A stretch of DNA of 64,000 bases from Dendrobates tinctorius. Taxonomy: Eukaryota. How positions within the stretch are numbered: the stretch's first letter is position 1; each line of letters begins with the position of its first letter. The DNA lies in assembly GCF_039654945.1 (NCBI RefSeq), contig NW_027361695.1, forward strand, positions 16,182,001 to 16,246,000, written 5' to 3'. The position numbers and the translations under genes are program-made. This document shows, one piece after another, positions 60,044 to 64,000 of the stretch. Below the pieces are notes generated by a model that worked only from the letters and a program-made list of their open reading frames with translations, was not told where the DNA came from and ran no database searches.

Positions 60044-61475
60044 AAACTAATCCACTGCTAATACCTGCAATCTGGTGAATATTGTTGTGCAATGAGCTGA
60101 GAAGCAATGCTTGGTGCAAGTTTGCACTTCATTGAAAAGGATTCATATTGTTGACTGTAAAAAAGGGAAAGAGGGGGATGGAGCTGCAGTTTCTGCATCT
60201 GAAAAACAGCATGCAGAAGAGCTGAGTTATCAGATTGGCTCAGCACTTTAGAATCACATGAGAAAGTGCATTTTCACTGAAGAGATATAGCAAGCAAAAA
60301 ATATGTATTTGCATGAAAAATTCCTAAAGGTGAGGCAGTTTCCCATTTTAGGATCTAATAGTTATTATGGCTATGCAAATTCATCCTAAGTCTGTTCCTA
60401 CATCTATCCTAATCTTCCTAACTACAGAACTTACATAGAGATTACTTTTATACCCTTTAGATTACTTTAAAAAACAAAAAACAACTTTCTTGTACTATCA
60501 CTGCAACTCCTTGATTTGTCCTCCGCTCGCTCCCTACAGTCTTTGCATCAGTCATTGGATATTCTGGTACTTACCAGGTCTCACTGATTACAGTAGTGAT
60601 AAATATGTTCACCAGGATGGAACAGAATGTTCTACAATTCCTGCTCAGTCCATGGAAACATATGATCTTTTCAGGCTATCACTGGTTGGCTGCACCAATC
60701 ACATTCCCACCCAACAGGAAATAAGGAGACCAGCAGGGGAACCAGTGCAACGCTGGAACAGGAGAGGCGGGTGTCAGTAAAGTGACTATTATTAATTGTA
60801 TTATATTATAGCCTTCTAGCTTTTTTTCTTAAGTTTTCAGCTTTAAAATCCACATTAATTAATGGTGACTTTCAGACAGATCATACATTTTCTAAGATTT
60901 CACTCATTTATTCATCAGCAAATTAATAATTTATTTAGTTACCTGACATTTTCATTTGGTTATTTATTGACAAAATGTAAAATTGGAAAGGGCTGTATGC
61001 TTAATTAGAAACAAAAGACCAGACAAGCTTTTTAATCATAAAATCAGTGCTAACGTTGTCAAAATAGATTAGACTTTGACATTATGAAGTTGTAATCACG
61101 CCGAATATAATGAAATTAGTAGTGACAACATCAGAGGCATTCTCAGAAGTGGACAATCAGGCTTGATGTTAGCTTTTCAGATGGCTGGTAAATTATGAAC
61201 ACTAATAATATCACTGCTCGTTTCACTGCCAGCTTGTACATGAGAGGGTGACCTACATCTTACATGGGTGTTTGGCATGCTAAGATAGAAAAAGTTGCAA
61301 CAGTAATTGGTGTTATGCGATTGCATGGACTTGTTCTAAACTACGGGTTTGTATCAAAATTATTTCTCATAGACCTAAAAAAAATACAGTTTTTGTGGAT
61401 TTTTGGGATCCCACAAGAAGTAATTTTGATACAAACCCCCAGTTTAGGACAAGTCAATGTCCATATAATGACTTG

Positions 61476-61747
61476 AATGTAGAAGGATTTCTATGGACAA
61501 ATTTTGCGCTGCTAAAAAGATTGAGATGTAGATCCAGGCAGGATTTGAAAGAAGAATAGTGGTTTATTCGACGCGTTTCGAAGTTAAAAGCACTTCGAAG
61601 TAACCAGATGTGGTTACTTCCTGATGAAGTACTTTTTAACTTTGAAACGCGTCGAATAAACCACTATTCTTCTATCAAATCCTGCCTGGATCTACGTCTC
61701 AATCTTTTCAGCAGTGCGGAATTTGTCCACAGAAATCCTTCTACATT
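61476..61747. mobile_element. Inverted pair of Penelope-like terminal repeats with a hammerhead motif (61618-61656, + strand)
   Basis: Inverted arms of about 120 bp; TTC-CTGATGA-...-GAAA-CGCGTC-GAA followed directly by AATAAA. Confidence 0.65.
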
Positions 61748-64000
61748 TGTGCTAAACGGCCACTTGCTGACTCGTGGATCTGCTGCAGCCGATACCTGCA
61801 TTTTATGGTCTAACAACAGATACATCAGGTTAGTATAATCTGATAAAAATTATATAGAGTCTATAGGATAAGACGCTATTTGCACTAATTTCTCCTACAG
61901 CCTCATCGATTCATTTAATGACATGGAGGGGCCACAATGATTATTAAAGGCTAAGGTTATCTGTGTACCGAGCATGATGTTAGTCAATAAAGGAGTCAAG
62001 CATTTTTCCGAGAGAACTGTACTTGATGGTTGGGAATGAAAAAGAGCGAGAGATGCTCCGGTTCTTGTAATAAGCTGATTTGAATCAGAGCAAGCCGAGA
62101 ACTCCCCTGCTGGAAGAGCAGGGATTCCTCTGTCAGTCGGACTGTTTGTGAGCTCTCTCTTATCTACATCCATGAATCATATGGACACATCCCCATCCAG
62201 AGACCCAGCCACAGCAGCACAGAGTTGCAGGCTCTCCTGACATCCTCTGTGCTGATGTGGCTGACTTTCCCAACAAACCCAGTCCTTATGTGGCTGGATC
62301 TCCTGACATGCTCTGTGTTGCTGTGGCTGTCTCTCCTGACATCCACTGTGCAGCTGTCCCTGGAGAGGCCTTTGTGATTGGATGGTGCAGATGAGAGAGA
62401 GCTCACATAGAGTCTGGCTGACAAAGGAGTGCCTGCGTTTCCAGCAGGGGAATTCCCGGCTTCAGTGTGGAGTGTGAATCAGATTCAAATGCGCTTATTA
62501 CAGAACCCGAGCACTTGACCACCACGTGATACTCGGTACTGCTCGATACTCGATTGAGTGCCACAATGCTCAATCAAGTATCAAGCAATGCTGAGCACGT
62601 TCACCCATCACTTGAAATTACCAAAAGTGGAATAAGAACAAAGATGAGCAAATTGGCTCAAGGTCACTCAAAATTGACACACATTTTAGAATTAGATTCA
62701 CATAGCTGGCCACCGTTTTGCTGGATTGTAGAGGACCTGGAACATGATGTTTATTATTATTTCTTTTTTAATTATACCTATCTGCCCCATTCCTTTCCTA
62801 CCAAGAAGTTCATCTATTGTCTGGTCTTCTTGTTCTTCTTCTGTTCTGTCACTGGTTTGGTCTTTTCAAATCCATCTTCGTCTCCTCTAGAGCCTAGACT
62901 TTTCAGCGACTCCGGCATGGACTAGGCCTGCAATATTATAACATAGTCCACACCAAAAACACTGAAAATGCACTTGAAGAAGCCAAAATGGTAAATAAAT
63001 AAGCGCAGGTCTGCATGGCAAGACAGTGGAGGAGTGAAACTCCTGCAGTGTTGGTGATCTTGGAGGATTGTGCAGGTCAGTTTAGATTGTTGTAATGACC
63101 AAAAGCGGAAAAAAGTTGTAGTGCAATCATTGACAATTTTGGAAAAATGATTGGATTGACCCTTAGTAGTACTAGGAAATTATCCGTATTTCCCAAGCTT
63201 TGTTACAATAATGGATTCCAAAAGGTTGTTTTAGGGAGTGCAGGAAAAATCAAAGAATGGCCCACAGAACAGAGGACAAGGAGCTTCGACTGCATAAAGA
63301 AAGGATGAACGGTTGGCATAAGACAGATGAGTATGTATGGACTATAATTTTTTAAAATATTTTTTAAGTACTCAAAATTAAATAGCAAGATGGTGACCAT
63401 CTGATCTTCCTTTTACTGAATAATGTGGATCAAATCCCACAAATTTTAGATTTTCCGGAATTGGACATTTTTGGTACATTCATGACTTTGTTACGAATCA
63501 AATTGCTTATCTCTAGTCTTAAGTTTGCAATGATAACCGATAACAATACAATTAAAAGTGTGTGAGTACATATTCTATAGAGATGGAGGGGGCCCCAGAG
63601 AATCCATTCCTCTGGTGAGAACTCTATTCCCCCCACTGCTAGTCAGGTCTGTCACTCATTGGTCAGTTGTTTAGGGTAATCCTTCTAGCCTTGTGATCAT
63701 GTGCCTTTGATTTGCTTTACTATCACTCTTCCTGATTATGACTACACATCCTCTGTACACCTCATCCTCTATTTTGATTACTCCTCTTGATTCTGACACA
63801 TGGCATTTGTGACATTAGTCCTGGTCCTGACTCCTGGCTATGCTTGACTAAGTTACTGCCTAAACTCTCAAATACTAAGACTAGTATCTCTGGTGCGACT
63901 CATGGTCTGGTTCTGGTTTCAGGTGTGCTCTAGAATTTATTACTGGCACATCCTTTTTCCTGACTGTTTCTTATAACAACAGTTGGTTGCCACCATTCCA

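Overview
Eukaryotic window, most likely from a frog/amphibian genome (inferred from the repeat families). It is almost entirely transposable-element DNA, and I could not support any host protein-coding exon. Main contents: (1) an 11.7-kb hAT DNA transposon (4672-16333) with TIRs, a perfect 8-bp TSD and an uninterrupted 1181-aa BED-finger/DDE transposase, flanked internally by two near-homogeneous satellite arrays (27 x 133 bp and about 20 x 130 bp); (2) a complete two-gene PIF/Harbinger element (23519-28889) with a 7-exon MADF gene and a 2-exon DDE transposase, both open after splicing; (3) a decayed, inverted relative of the hAT element (39852-53527) carrying nested L2, Gypsy-integrase, solo-LTR, hAT-MITE and intact DD35E Tc1 insertions; (4) a 4.6-kb non-autonomous LTR retrotransposon (53608-58208) with no RT or integrase, which instead carries a protease, a coiled coil and an intronless, domain-deleted copy of a fragile-X-family gene closest to FXR1. 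Item 4 is the most unusual feature. Also present are many MITEs, L2 fragments, a V-SINE, an L2-derived minisatellite and two Penelope-type hammerhead ribozyme motifs. Protein similarities were recognised from memory and need confirming by database search.
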